Assembly: GCA_028826165.1 (NCBI GenBank)
Contig: JAPDFW010000022.1
Location: 566,758 to 630,757, forward strand
Direction of reading: 5' to 3'
From: Anaeramoeba ignava BMAN
Lineage: Eukaryota > Protista > Anaeramoebae
DNA: 64,000 nt
Each line of letters opens with the position of its first letter. Within the stretch, counting starts at the first letter, position 1. Of the stretch, positions 25,858-37,953 are shown piece after piece. A model generated the notes under the pieces. The model did not search any database. It was not told the DNA's origin and was given only the letters and a program-made list of their open reading frames with translations. Both the position numbers and the translations under genes were made by a program.

Positions 25858-26554
25858 ATTCAATTCAAATTTTTCAAAAGAAATTTTTAATCAAATTTTT
25901 AATCAAATTTTTAATTCAATTTTTTAATCAAATCTTTAATCAAATTCAAATCAAATCTTTAATCAAATTCAAATCAAATCTTTAATCAAATTCAAATCAA
26001 ATTTAATTCAAATTCAAATCAAATCTTTAATCAAATTCAAATCAAATTTAATTCAAATTCAAATCAAATCTTTAATTCAAATTTTTTAAAAGAAATTCAA
26101 TTCAAATCTTTAATCAAATTCAATTTAAATTCAATTCAATTTTAATCAAATTCAAATCAAATTTTTTAATCAAATTTTTAATTCAATTTTTTAATCAAAT
26201 CTTTAATCAAATTCAAATCAAATCTTTAATCAAATTTTTAAACAAAATCAAATTCTAATCAAATTCAATTCAAATTTTTCAAAAGAAATTTTTAATCAAA
26301 TTTTTTAATCAAATCTTTAATCAAATTCAAATTTAATTCAATTTTAATCAAATTCAAATTTTTAATCAATTTCTTCAAAAAGGAATAAAAGGAATTTCAA
26401 AAAGAATTTTTAAATCTTTTTTGTTTTCTTTTTTTAATTATTTTTCCAACTCAACAAGAACAGAAAAATGAAAAATTTTTTTGATTATTTTTTTTCATTT
26501 TTTTTTCTTTTTCTTTAGTTTATTACAAAAAGAAAAAATATAAAGAAATTTATA

Positions 26555-29500
26555 ATGAAAAAAGTAAATTTAAAAAATTAAAAAAATTTATTTTATTATT
26601 TTTATAAACAACAAAATTGAATAAACAAAACAAAAATAAACAAAACAAAACAAAACAAAATAAAACAAAATAAATAGTTTATTGCTTTTATTGGTTTATT
26701 ATTTTTGATTTACAATTCATTTGCAGATGAATCAACATATTATCCAGGTTATTCATTATCAAATGTTCAACAAAATTCAGGAGGATTTACAGGTGATTTA
26801 ACAATGATTTCACCAGGACCTTATGGTGATGATATTCCTAATTTATCACTTAATGTTGAATATCAAACAGAAACAAGAGTAAGAATTAAAATTTACGATC
26901 CAAATAATGCAAGATGGGAAGGTAATTAATTATTAATTATTTTTATTTTTAATTATTAATTATTTAATTATTAATTTTAATTTAAATCTTTAATTTAAAT
27001 AGTTCCTGATGTTATTCAAAATTCCACAAATCCAATTCCAACAAAGGTTTATAATTTTTAAATAATTTATACAAATCAATAAAATTAATCAAATCAAATT
27101 AAATCAAATTAAATTAAATTAAATTAAATTAAATAAATTAAATTAAATTAAATCAAATTAAATCAATTAAATTAAATCAAATTAAATCAATTAAATAAAT
27201 CAAATCAAATTAAATCAAATTAATTAAATCAAATAAATAAATTAAATTAAATTAAATTAAATTAAATCAATTAAATTAAATCAAATTATATCAAATTAAA
27301 TTAAATTAAATAAATAGATGGAATATAAAGTTGAATATACAACAAATCCATTTGGAATTGCTGTTATTAGAGAATTAAACAATGAAGTTTTATTCAATAC
27401 AACACCACCTAAATCAAACAAATTTCATGATTATAATGGATTAATTTTTGAAAATTTATATATTGAAATTAATTCTAAAACAGCAAAAAATCCAAATATT
27501 TATGGATTAGGAAAGAATTTATGATTTTAAACTCAATACTTTCAAATCATACTTATGTTAAGTTGAATTTACAACAAACAAAAAGGTTTTTAAAAATATT
27601 CATTCAAAATAATATATTTATTTAAAACAAAATATTTATTTTAAAAACAAAATATTTATTTAGGAAAAACAATATGATTTTTCAATACTTCAAACAAAAT
27701 ATTTATGTTTAAAACAAAATATTTATTTAAAACAAAATATTTATTTAAAACAAAATATTTATTTAAAACAATATATTTATTTAAAACAAAATATTTATTT
27801 AAAACAAAATATTTACTTAAAATAAAATATTTATTCAAAAAATTAAAAAGATAATGGAAATGATGAAGATGTTAATTTATATGGAGTTCAACCATTTTAT
27901 ATTGAATTAAGAGAAGAAACACATCTTTTTCATGGAGTTTTTATATTAAATTCTAATGCAATGGATGTAACATTAAATCCAGATCATTTAACTTATAGAA
28001 CAATTGGAGGAATTTTAGATATTTACATTTTTACAGGAGTTTCAATCGATGATGTTATTTCACAGTATTAATAAATTTAATAATTGAAATAATAAATCAA
28101 TTTTAATTAAAATAAATAAATAAAAAAATAAAAAAGATATACTGATTTAGTTGGAAAACCTCCTATGATTCCATATTTTGCACTTGGATTTCATCAATGC
28201 AGGTAAAATATCCAAAATATTAAAATATTAAAATATTAAAAATATTAAAATATAAAAATATTAAAATATTAAAATATTAAAATATTAATAATATTAAAAA
28301 TATCAAAAATATCAAAAATTAAAAATTAAAAATATAAAATATTAAAAATATCCAAAAATATTAAAATCAAAAATATTAAATATTAAAATATCAAAAATAT
28401 TAAAAATAAAAATATTATTAAAAATATAAAAATATTAAAAAATATTAAAAATTAAAAATATTAAAATATTAAAAATATAAAAATATTAAAATATTTAAAA
28501 TATTAAATATTTAAAAATATTAAAAATATTAAAAAATATTAAAAATATTAAAAAATGCAGGTAAAATATTAAAAAATATTAAAAATATTAAAAAAATATT
28601 AAAAAAATATTAAAATATCCAAAATATAAAATAAAAATATTAAAAATTAAAAATATTAAAATATTAAAATATTAAAATATTAAAATATTAAAAATATTAA
28701 AAATATTAAAAATATTTAAAAATATTAAAAATATTAAAAATATTAAAATATTAAAATATTAAAATATATTAAAATATTAAAATATCAAAATATTAAAAAT
28801 ATTAAAAAATATTAAAATATTAAAAATATTAAAAAATAAAATTAAAATATTAAAAATATTAAAATATTAAAATATTAAAAATATTAAAAATATCCAAAAT
28901 ATTAAAATATTAAAAATATTAAAATATTAAAATATTAAAAAATATAAAAATATTAAAATATTAAAAATATTAAAAATATCCAAAATATTAAAAATATTAA
29001 AAATATTAAAATATATTAAAATATTAAAAATATTAAAATATAAAAATATTAAAATATCCAAAATATTAAAAATATTAAAATATAAAATATTAAAATATTA
29101 AAATATTAAAATATTAAAATATTAAAATATCCAAAATATTAAAATATAAAAATATTAAAATATTAAAATATTAAAATATTAAAATATCCAAAATATCCAA
29201 AATATCCAAAATATCAAAATATTAAAATATTAAAATATTAAAATATCCAAAATATTAAAATATTAAAATAATATTAAAAATAAATAAAGATGGGGTTACA
29301 AAAACTTAAATGAATGCAAAACAGTTGTTGAACAATATAAAGCACATCAACTTCCACTTGATACATTTTGGATGGATATCGATTATATGGATGCATACAA
29401 AGATTTTACATTTGATCCAGTTAATTATCCACAAGAAGAAGTAAAAGAATTTTCCGAACAATTACATGAAGACAATCAACATTACGTAATAATACTTGAT

Positions 29501-31075
29501 CCAGGTATCAAAGTTGAAGAAGGATATGCACCATATGATGATGGAATAAGTGATGGAATATTTATTATAAATGCAGATACAAAATTACCTTATACAGCAC
29601 CTGTTTGGCCAGGAGAATGCAACTTCCCAGACTTTACAAACCCAAAAACATATTCATATTGGTCTAAATTCATTCAACAAATTTTCGATGAAGGAATTAT
29701 TCTTGATGGACTTTGGGTTGATATGAATGAACCAGATGATTTTGATTTTACAGGAAATCAAAATGATAAATTAATTAATTCGTTTATTGAAAAAAAAGAA
29801 GATGAAGAAGAATTAAGTGAATCAAGTGAATCAAAAAAAGTGGAACGTGATTCAATTAATTTACCTTATGTTCCTGGTGGGGTTAATCTTAATTATAGAA
29901 CAGTTAATTTGAGTTCGATTCAAAACACCTCAACATCATTTAATCTTCATTCAATGTATGGATTTATGGAAGCAAAAGCAACAGCATCAATATTGATAGA
30001 AATTATGAAAAAAAGATCATTTGTTCTTTCAAGATCAACATATGCAGGTCATGGACATCATGCTTTTCATTGGTTAGGAGATAATTATTCTACTTACAAA
30101 TCAATGGCAGGCTCAATTCAAGGTATTTTGAATATGAATATGTTTGGAATTCCACTTGTTGGTGCTGATATTTGTGGATTTTTGGGTGATACTACTGCTG
30201 AATTATGTGCAAGATGGATTGAACTTGGTAGTTTTTATCCTTTTTCAAGAGATCATAATGCTGATGGAATGAAATCACAAGAACTTTATGCTTTGGGAGA
30301 TCAAGTGACTAATATTTCAAGAAATGTTTTATTAAATCGATATTCATTAATTCCATATTATTACACTTTATTCTATTATTCACATGAAATTGGAACACCA
30401 ATTTGGAGAGCATTAGTTTATGATTTTCCTGAAGATCCAAATACATATTCAATTGATAAACAATTTTTGGTTGGAAATGCATTATTAGTCACACCAGTTT
30501 TAGAAGAAGGAGCAACAAGTGTTGAAGGATATTTCCCTAATTCAGATTGGTATGATTATTGGAGTGGAGAAAAAATTCTAACTAAAAATTCAACATTAAA
30601 ATTTGGAAAGAATTTAACACTTGATGCACCACTTGATAAAATCAATGTTGCTATTAGAGGAGGATATATTATTCCTAAACAAGAACCAGCATTAACAACT
30701 GCAGAATCAAGAAATAATAGTTTTGAAATTCTTGCTGCTATTGATTCTGAAACACTTTCAGCTTCAGGAAAACTATTTTTTGATGATGGTATTTCTTTGG
30801 ATACTTCACAGAATTCTTCAAGATTGACTTTTGAATTGACTTATTCTTCTGGTCTCTTTTATTTTGAAACTTCTATTTACGAATCCAATTATGATCTTCT
30901 TAATCATGTTTTGTTGGATAAAATGACTTTTTATGGAGTTGATAGTATTACAACTTTATGGGTTAATAATATTAAATATCCATTTGAATATGATTCAACA
31001 TTAAAAGTATTAAGAATCAAAGGATTAAATCTTTCTTTGAATGAAAGATTCCAAATAATTTGGAAAACAAATTAA
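26555..31075 (+). CDS. Secreted/lysosomal GH31 alpha-glucosidase, copy 2 (local frame disruption at ~27510-27590)
   Basis: Tandem duplicate including the promoter and intron positions; WVDMNEP and HWLGDN motifs. Large intron 28203-29289. Confidence 0.9.
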
Positions 31076-31547
31076 ATTCAAATCAAATCTTTAATTCAAA
31101 TTTTTCAAAAGAAATTCAATTCAATTTCAAATCAAATCTTTAATCAAATCTTTAATCAAATTCAATTCAAATCTTTAATCAAATTCAAATCAAATTTTTT
31201 AATCGAATTTTTAATCAAACTCAATTTAAATTCAATTCAAATCTTTAATCAATTTTTAATTCAATTTTAATCAAATTCAATTCAAATTTTTAATCAAATT
31301 TTTAATCAAATTCAAATCAAATTTTTTAATCAAATTTTTAAAACAAATTCCAAAAAATAAAGATCAAAAATAATTCAAAAAAAATTTTTTAATCAAATTC
31401 TTTAAAATTGTTTTCTTTTTAAAGAAATTAATATTTTAAAATTATTAGTAATTTTTTATTTTTTATTTTTTATTTTTTAATTTTTTCATTTTTTCATTTT
31501 TTTTTTTGCTTTTTTTTTTTATCTTTTAAAATATAAAAAAAAAAATA

Positions 31548-34510
31548 ATGGATTCAAACGATTTTAATGTTCCTCAAAAAGTGCGTTCACTTGTTCAACA
31601 AATTTTACCACAAGAAATTATAGTATTGTTTGATTGGGTTCAGATTCATAACAAAAAAAAACAAAAAATTGAAACTCAATTAATTGTCATTTCCAAATTT
31701 AGACTTTTTACTTTTGAAGAATCTAAAAAATCAATTAAAAAAAAGGTAAACTCACTCAACAAAATTTTATGCATGAATTCAAAAGAGTAATTTTTGTTAA
31801 TAATCTGTATATTTTAGCCAAATAGAAATGGTTCTTTTTTGACATTGAAGCAGTTAATTAGTTTCGATAAAAGACATGTAAGTAATTTTTATATCATCAA
31901 ATAAGACTGAAAAGAAAAGAGGTGCCGAATGGTTCACCGATTTATTTTTTGAATATCCAAATGTTTATGTTAATTTTTTTTTAATTCGTGATTTTTTTCT
32001 TTGTGTTTTGTTTCAACCTTATTTTTTACTTATAAAAATAGATAAAATTTGGATTTCAAGATTTTGAACTTGATTGTTATTGTGATCGAGCAGATACAAT
32101 TGTAGAAAAGACTATGAAAAACTATTTGCGTATAACTCAAGGAATTCCGCATGAACGTTTTATTGATTTTTCTTGTATTCCTTCTGGAAGGTAAAAAATA
32201 ATGAAACAAAAACAAAAAAAGCAAAAAAAAAAAAACTTTTTTAATTGAAAAATTTTTATAAAATTTTGATTGAAAAAAAAAATATTTAGGTTAAGTTTTT
32301 TTCAAATTGGTATGTTTATGCAAAGCAAACAAATATTTAAAGCAAATATTTAAAGAATTAAAATTATAATTAAATTTAAAATTATATTTAAAATTATATT
32401 TAAAATTAAAATTATATTTAAAATTATATTTAAAATTATATTTAAATTTATATTTAAATTTATATTTAAAATTATATTTAAATTTAAAATTAAAATTATA
32501 TTTATATTTAAAATTAAAATTATATTTAAAATTATATTTAAAATTATATTTAAATTTATATTTAAAATTATATTTAAATTTAAAATTAAAATTATATTTA
32601 TATTTAAAATTATATTTAAAATTATATTTAAAATTAAAATTATATTTTAAATTATATTTAAAATTATATTTAAAATTATATTTAAAATTAAAATTATATT
32701 TAAAATTAAAATTATATTTTTAAATACATTTCAAAGATGATTCACAAGCAGGAGGATTCATTTCAACTTACGAAGCATGGTGCAACTATCTAAACATACA
32801 ACCAAATATCGATTTAATCAACTACATCGAAGAAAAAATACTCAAAAATGAAGATGAAAGGAAAAAAAAAACACTAGATCTTCACAAACTAGATCGAGCA
32901 GGAGAAATTCTAAGTGATGAAGGAACATCACAAGCATTATTCCAAGCATTATCAAACAATCTACACTTTTGAGGGTGTTATAATCACAAAGATCCCTCAC
33001 AAAAACTTTTTCACAAATGCATCAATCGGAATTCGGACAAATTGCCGATTGGAAAAATTAATAATGAGCGGAATGGGGGTTTCTGAAGGAATTGAAACAT
33101 TGGGAGTTGCGATCCAAAATAACCCCCGAATTCCGTTGACATTTTTGGACTTGTCACTTAATAAAATAACCGACAAAGCGATTGAGACGGGGCTGTCTCG
33201 GGGAATAGCCTCGCTATCAATGGGGTTGGTGTCACTTGACTTGTCATTTTGCCAGATGACAAATAAAGCGATCCAAATTTTATTTACTTTCAATAACGGA
33301 AAACAAAAAAAACCGAAATCTTCGTTATCTCAATCTGTCAAACAACTCGTTCGGCAAGCAGGGATCAGAGGCATTTGCCCAGTGGCTAGAAACAACCCAT
33401 AATGATAATGTTTTGACGTTATTGAATTTGTCGAATTGCGCACTTGATGTCGGTATAGTCGCATTGGCTATTGCAAAATACCAATCCGCACACACCCTCA
33501 AAGCGGTTGATTTTTCAGGAAATAAATTCGACAAAAGAGCATATATTCACGTCGCCACAATGATGAAGGAATCAAAAACGTTAAAGGAACTCAACATCTC
33601 AAACACGTTGCCTACTAGCGACGGATGCGCAGCAATTCTCAATGAGATTCTCGCCAACTCCACCCTTTCAAACATTGTGCTCTCAATATCTGCAAACGAT
33701 ATTGGCGCGCAAGGAGCAAAGATTCTCTCATCCACTTTCCAAAAAAATGAAAACTCACAAGTTCTTGAAGAAATTATCATTGATGATAATAATTTAAAAG
33801 CTGAAGGCGTAAATGACATTCTCAACGCGCTTACAAAGATCCAATCCCTCAAGCGCATATCCATATCAAGAAACGTTCCGAAGGCAAAGAACAGCATCAA
33901 TCTAGTGTTTCCATTCGCGCAAATCATGCAAAAACAGAGTCTAGAATACTTGCGTGTTTGTGGAGACTCAAAATTTTATCTTGGATCTTCTCTCGAACAA
34001 TTTTTCAAGAATACAACAGGAAAATCAAACCTCCGCGCTATAGATATCACTGGTAATCAAGCTGGTGATTCTGCTTTGCGCGCCCTTGCTCTTCATGCTG
34101 CTCATCCAAATTCTAAATTAGTTCTCATTAATTTTGATCTTAATAAAACTACAATTGCAAATTTTTCAGAATTTGCCAGAATTTTTGAGTCAAATTCAAA
34201 TCTTTCTTTTCTTGCTTGGCCAAAGTTTGATGCTCAATCAATTCTTAAAGACGCTCCAAAAAGAAATACTCTTGAATTGCAATCTAAATTGAAACAATTT
34301 AAATCCCTTTTTTATGAAGGCAATAAAAAAAATAATTTAAAACTTCCTGTTATTTCTGTTGATTTAAAGCGGTTTGAAAATCAAGATCCTTTTTTGATTC
34401 ATTCCCATGATTTTTTCAGATGTCAATTAGAATCTGATGATGATCCTAATAATTCAAATTCTCAAGTTGTTCAATCATCTCTTTCTTTATTATCCAACAA
34501 AAAAATGTGA
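31548..34510 (+). CDS. CARMIL-like PH + RNI-type LRR protein (exons 31548-31745, 31818-31877, 32042-32190, 32290-32309, 32737-34510; two homopolymer frameshifts at ~32970 and ~33310)
   Basis: N-terminal LIVISKFRLF PH-like segment, GGFISTYEAWCNY linker typical of CARMIL, and many LxxLdLsxN repeats. Confidence 0.8.
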
Positions 34511-34879
34511 TTGATTTTTTTCTTTTAATTTTTAATTTTTAATTTTTAATTTTAATTTTTAATTTTTTCTTTTATTGTATTTTAAAGAAGCAATAAAAAC
34601 AACAAAGAAAATTAATTTTAAAATGAAAATGGAAATTAATTTGTGTTTAACTTGATATTGATTTATTTATTTTAAAAAAAAAATTATTATTATTATTATT
34701 TATGATTATTTATTATTTATTTTTTTCTTTCTTTCTTTCTTAATTCTGTATTTTGTTTTTGTTGAGTTTGTTTGAAAAAGAAAAAAGTAAATCAAGTAAA
34801 AGTGAAAAAAAAAAAGTAAACCAATTTCTAAAAGAGTAAAATGAAATGAATTGAAATGAAAAGTAAAAAAAAAAGTTGT

Positions 34880-35937
34880 TTATTTTTGGATAAGATTTCC
34901 TTTTTCTGACACATAAATTCCATCCAAAAACATACGAATATCCTTATTTTTGACGAGAGTAGCATGATGAATTTGAGAAGCTAAATTTTTAAATTTAAAA
35001 TTAAAATTATAATTAAATTTAAAATTAAAATTAAAATTCATTTAAAATTAAAATTCATTTAAAATTAAAATTCATTTAAAATTAAAATTAAATTAAATTT
35101 AAAATTAAAATTCATTTAATAATTAAAATTCATTTAATAATTAAAATTAAAATTCATTTAATAATTATAATTAAAATTAAAATTCATTCAAAATTATAAT
35201 TAAAATTAAAATAAAATTCATTTAATAATTATAAAATAAAATTATAATTAAAATTAAAAATAAAATTATAATTAAAATTAAAATTAAAATTAAAATTAAA
35301 ATTAAAAAAATAATTACCACTTAAAGAAACTTTTTCTAAATCAATTCCTTCTAAAATAACTTCATCTTTAAGTTTTGAGGATCTTTTAATTGTAACACCT
35401 TCAAGCATATCAACAAAACGTTCAAATCTTTCACCCAAAAAGTTTCTAATTTCAAGACGTTTATGACCAGCAGGAATATGAATATTAATAGGAAAGTGAT
35501 TGTAAACAAGTCTCATTTTGAATCTATAACCTCTTGTCACTCCTGTTATCATATTCTCAATATGTGAACATATTGTTCTGACAGCTGCTGCATCTTTTTT
35601 TCTTCCAAACCATGATGTGACATTGAGTTTACGTTGACTCTCATTCCAATCAAATTGTAATTTTAAATGTGTAAAATCTCGGAATAATTTCCCTTTTGGT
35701 CCTTGAATTGTAATTTTTCTTGCATTGATTTTGACTTTGACTGTTTTTTTTTTTGTTTTTTGTTTTTTTTTTTGACATTGATTAATAAATAATTTATAAA
35801 TAATTTGGAATTGATATTCATTTTTATTTTTTATTTTTTATTTTTTTTATTTTTTTTTGTGTGTTTGTTTTTAATATATTTTTTAACATACCACTTCGTG
35901 GAACTTTAACAAATGTTGTTGTTTTAAGAATTTTCAT
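34880..35937 (-). CDS. RPL9: 60S ribosomal protein L9 (uL6); exons 35937-35892, 35740-35318, 34980-34880
   Basis: [50 protein letters not shown] and [18 protein letters not shown] motifs. Confidence 0.97.
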
Positions 35938-36099
35938 TATCTATTTTTCTTTTTTTTTTTTGTGTAAAAGATTGGAAAATGAAAAAGAAAAAAAATAAAA
36001 AATTAAAAAATTGAAAAAGAAAAAAAATTTTTTTTTTAATTAAAATTAATTTTTAATAAAAATTACTAATTTTTTTAATTCTTTTAGTCATTTTTTAAT

Positions 36100-37900
36100 A
36101 AAAATATTTTTAATAAATAAATATAAATAATTAGATAATAATTAATTTTAATAATTTAAATATTTTATTTTTAAATATATATTTTAAATAAATTATTAAA
36201 TTAAATATTAAATCAAAATAGATTTAAATAATTAAATAATTAAAAAGATAAATAAAAATATTTTAATAAATAAATATAAATATTTAATTAATAATTAATT
36301 TAAATAATTTAAATATTTTATTTTCTAAAAATAAATATTTTAAATAAATTATTAAATTAATTATTAAATCAAAATAGATTTAAATATTTTAAATAATCAA
36401 AAGATAAATAAAAAAATATTTTAATAAATAAATATAAATATTTAATTAATAATTAATTTAATTAATTTAAATATTTTATTTCTAAAAATAAATATTTTAA
36501 ATAAATTATTAAATTAAATATTAAATCAAAATAGATTTAAAATATTTAAATAATTAAAAAGAGAAATAAAAATATTTTAATAAATAAATATAAATATTTA
36601 ATTAATAATTAATTTAAATTAATTTTAAATATTTTATTTCTAAAATATATATTTTAAATAAATTATTAAATTAAATATTAAATCAAAATAGATTTAAATA
36701 ATTAAATAATTAAAGAAGAATAATAAAAATATTTTAATAAATAAATATAAATATTTAATTAATAATTAATTTAAATAATTTAAATATTTTATTTCTAAAT
36801 ATATATTTTAAATAAATTATTAAGTTAAATATTAAATCAAAATAGATTTAAATAATTAAATAATTAAAAAGATAAATAAAAATATTTTAATAAATAAATA
36901 TAAATATTTAGATAATAATTAATTTAATTAATTTAAATATTTTATTTTTAAATATATATTTTAAATAAATTATTAAATTAAATATTAAATCAAAATAGAT
37001 TTAAATATTTAAATAATTAAAAAGAATAATAAAAATATTTTTAATAAATAAATATAAATATTTAATTAATAATTAATTTAAATTAATTTAAATATTTTAT
37101 TTCTGAATATATATATTTTAAATAAATTATTAAATTAAATATTAAATCAAAATAGATTTAAATATTTAAATAATCAAAAAGAATAATAAAAATATTTTAA
37201 TAAATAAATATAAATATTTAAATAATAATTAATTTAAATAATTTAAATATTTTATTTCTGAATATATATTTTAAATAAATTATTAAATTAAATATTAAAT
37301 CAAAATAGATTTAAATATTTAAATAATCAAAAAGATAAATAAAAATATTTTAATAAATAAATATAAATATTTAATTAATAATTAATTTAAATAATTTAAA
37401 TATTTTATTTCTAAATAAATATTTTAAATAAATTATTAAATTAAATATTAAATCAAAAATAGATTTAAATATTTAAATAATTAAGAAGAATAATAAAAAT
37501 ATTTTAATAAATAAATATAAATATTTAATTAATAATTAATTTAAATAATTTAAATATTTTATTTCTAAATATATATTTTAAATAAATTATTAAATTAAAT
37601 ATTAAATCAAAATAGATTTAAATAATTAAATAATTAAAAAGATAAATAAAAATATTTTAATAAATAAATATAAATATTTAATTAATAATTAATTTAAATA
37701 ATTTAAATATTTTATTTCTAAATATATATTTTAAATAAATTATTAAATTAAATATTAAATCAAAATAGATTTAAATAATTAAATAATTAAAAAGATAAAT
37801 AAAAATATTTTAATAAATAAATATAAATATTTAATTAATAATTAATTTAAATAATTTAAATATTTTATTTCTAAATATATATTTTAAATAAATTATTAAA
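36100..37900. repeat. AT-rich tandem satellite, ~153-157 bp unit, ~11-12 copies
   Basis: The anchor TCAAAATAGATT recurs at ~36213, 36369, 36525, 36683, 36837, 36990, 37147, 37300, 37453, 37607 and 37760. Confidence 0.92.
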
Positions 37901-37943
37901 TTTCATTTTTCATTTTTCATTTTTCATTTTTTCATTTTTCATT
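37901..37943 (+). promoter_or_regulatory. Clustered TCATTTT initiator-like (Inr) elements; example of a motif found upstream of nearly every gene
   Basis: Six tandem TTTCATTT units 10-50 nt before ATG 37954. A similar cluster occupies much of the 70-nt gap 50665-50733. Confidence 0.7.
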
Positions 37944-37953
37944 AAAAAAAAAA

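Noticed and set aside
31878-32041. Intronic ncRNA in CARMIL intron 2 (GGTG..CACC hairpin, normal complexity)
   Set aside because: Only a 4-bp stem and no correctly ordered C/D or H/ACA boxes; insufficient support.
32960-33320. Programmed frameshifting or phase variation in CARMIL (also Nup54, RLP7, BTB copies 4 and 5)
   Set aside because: Single-base indels sit in or beside homopolymers across unrelated, likely essential genes, which is the signature of long-read consensus error.
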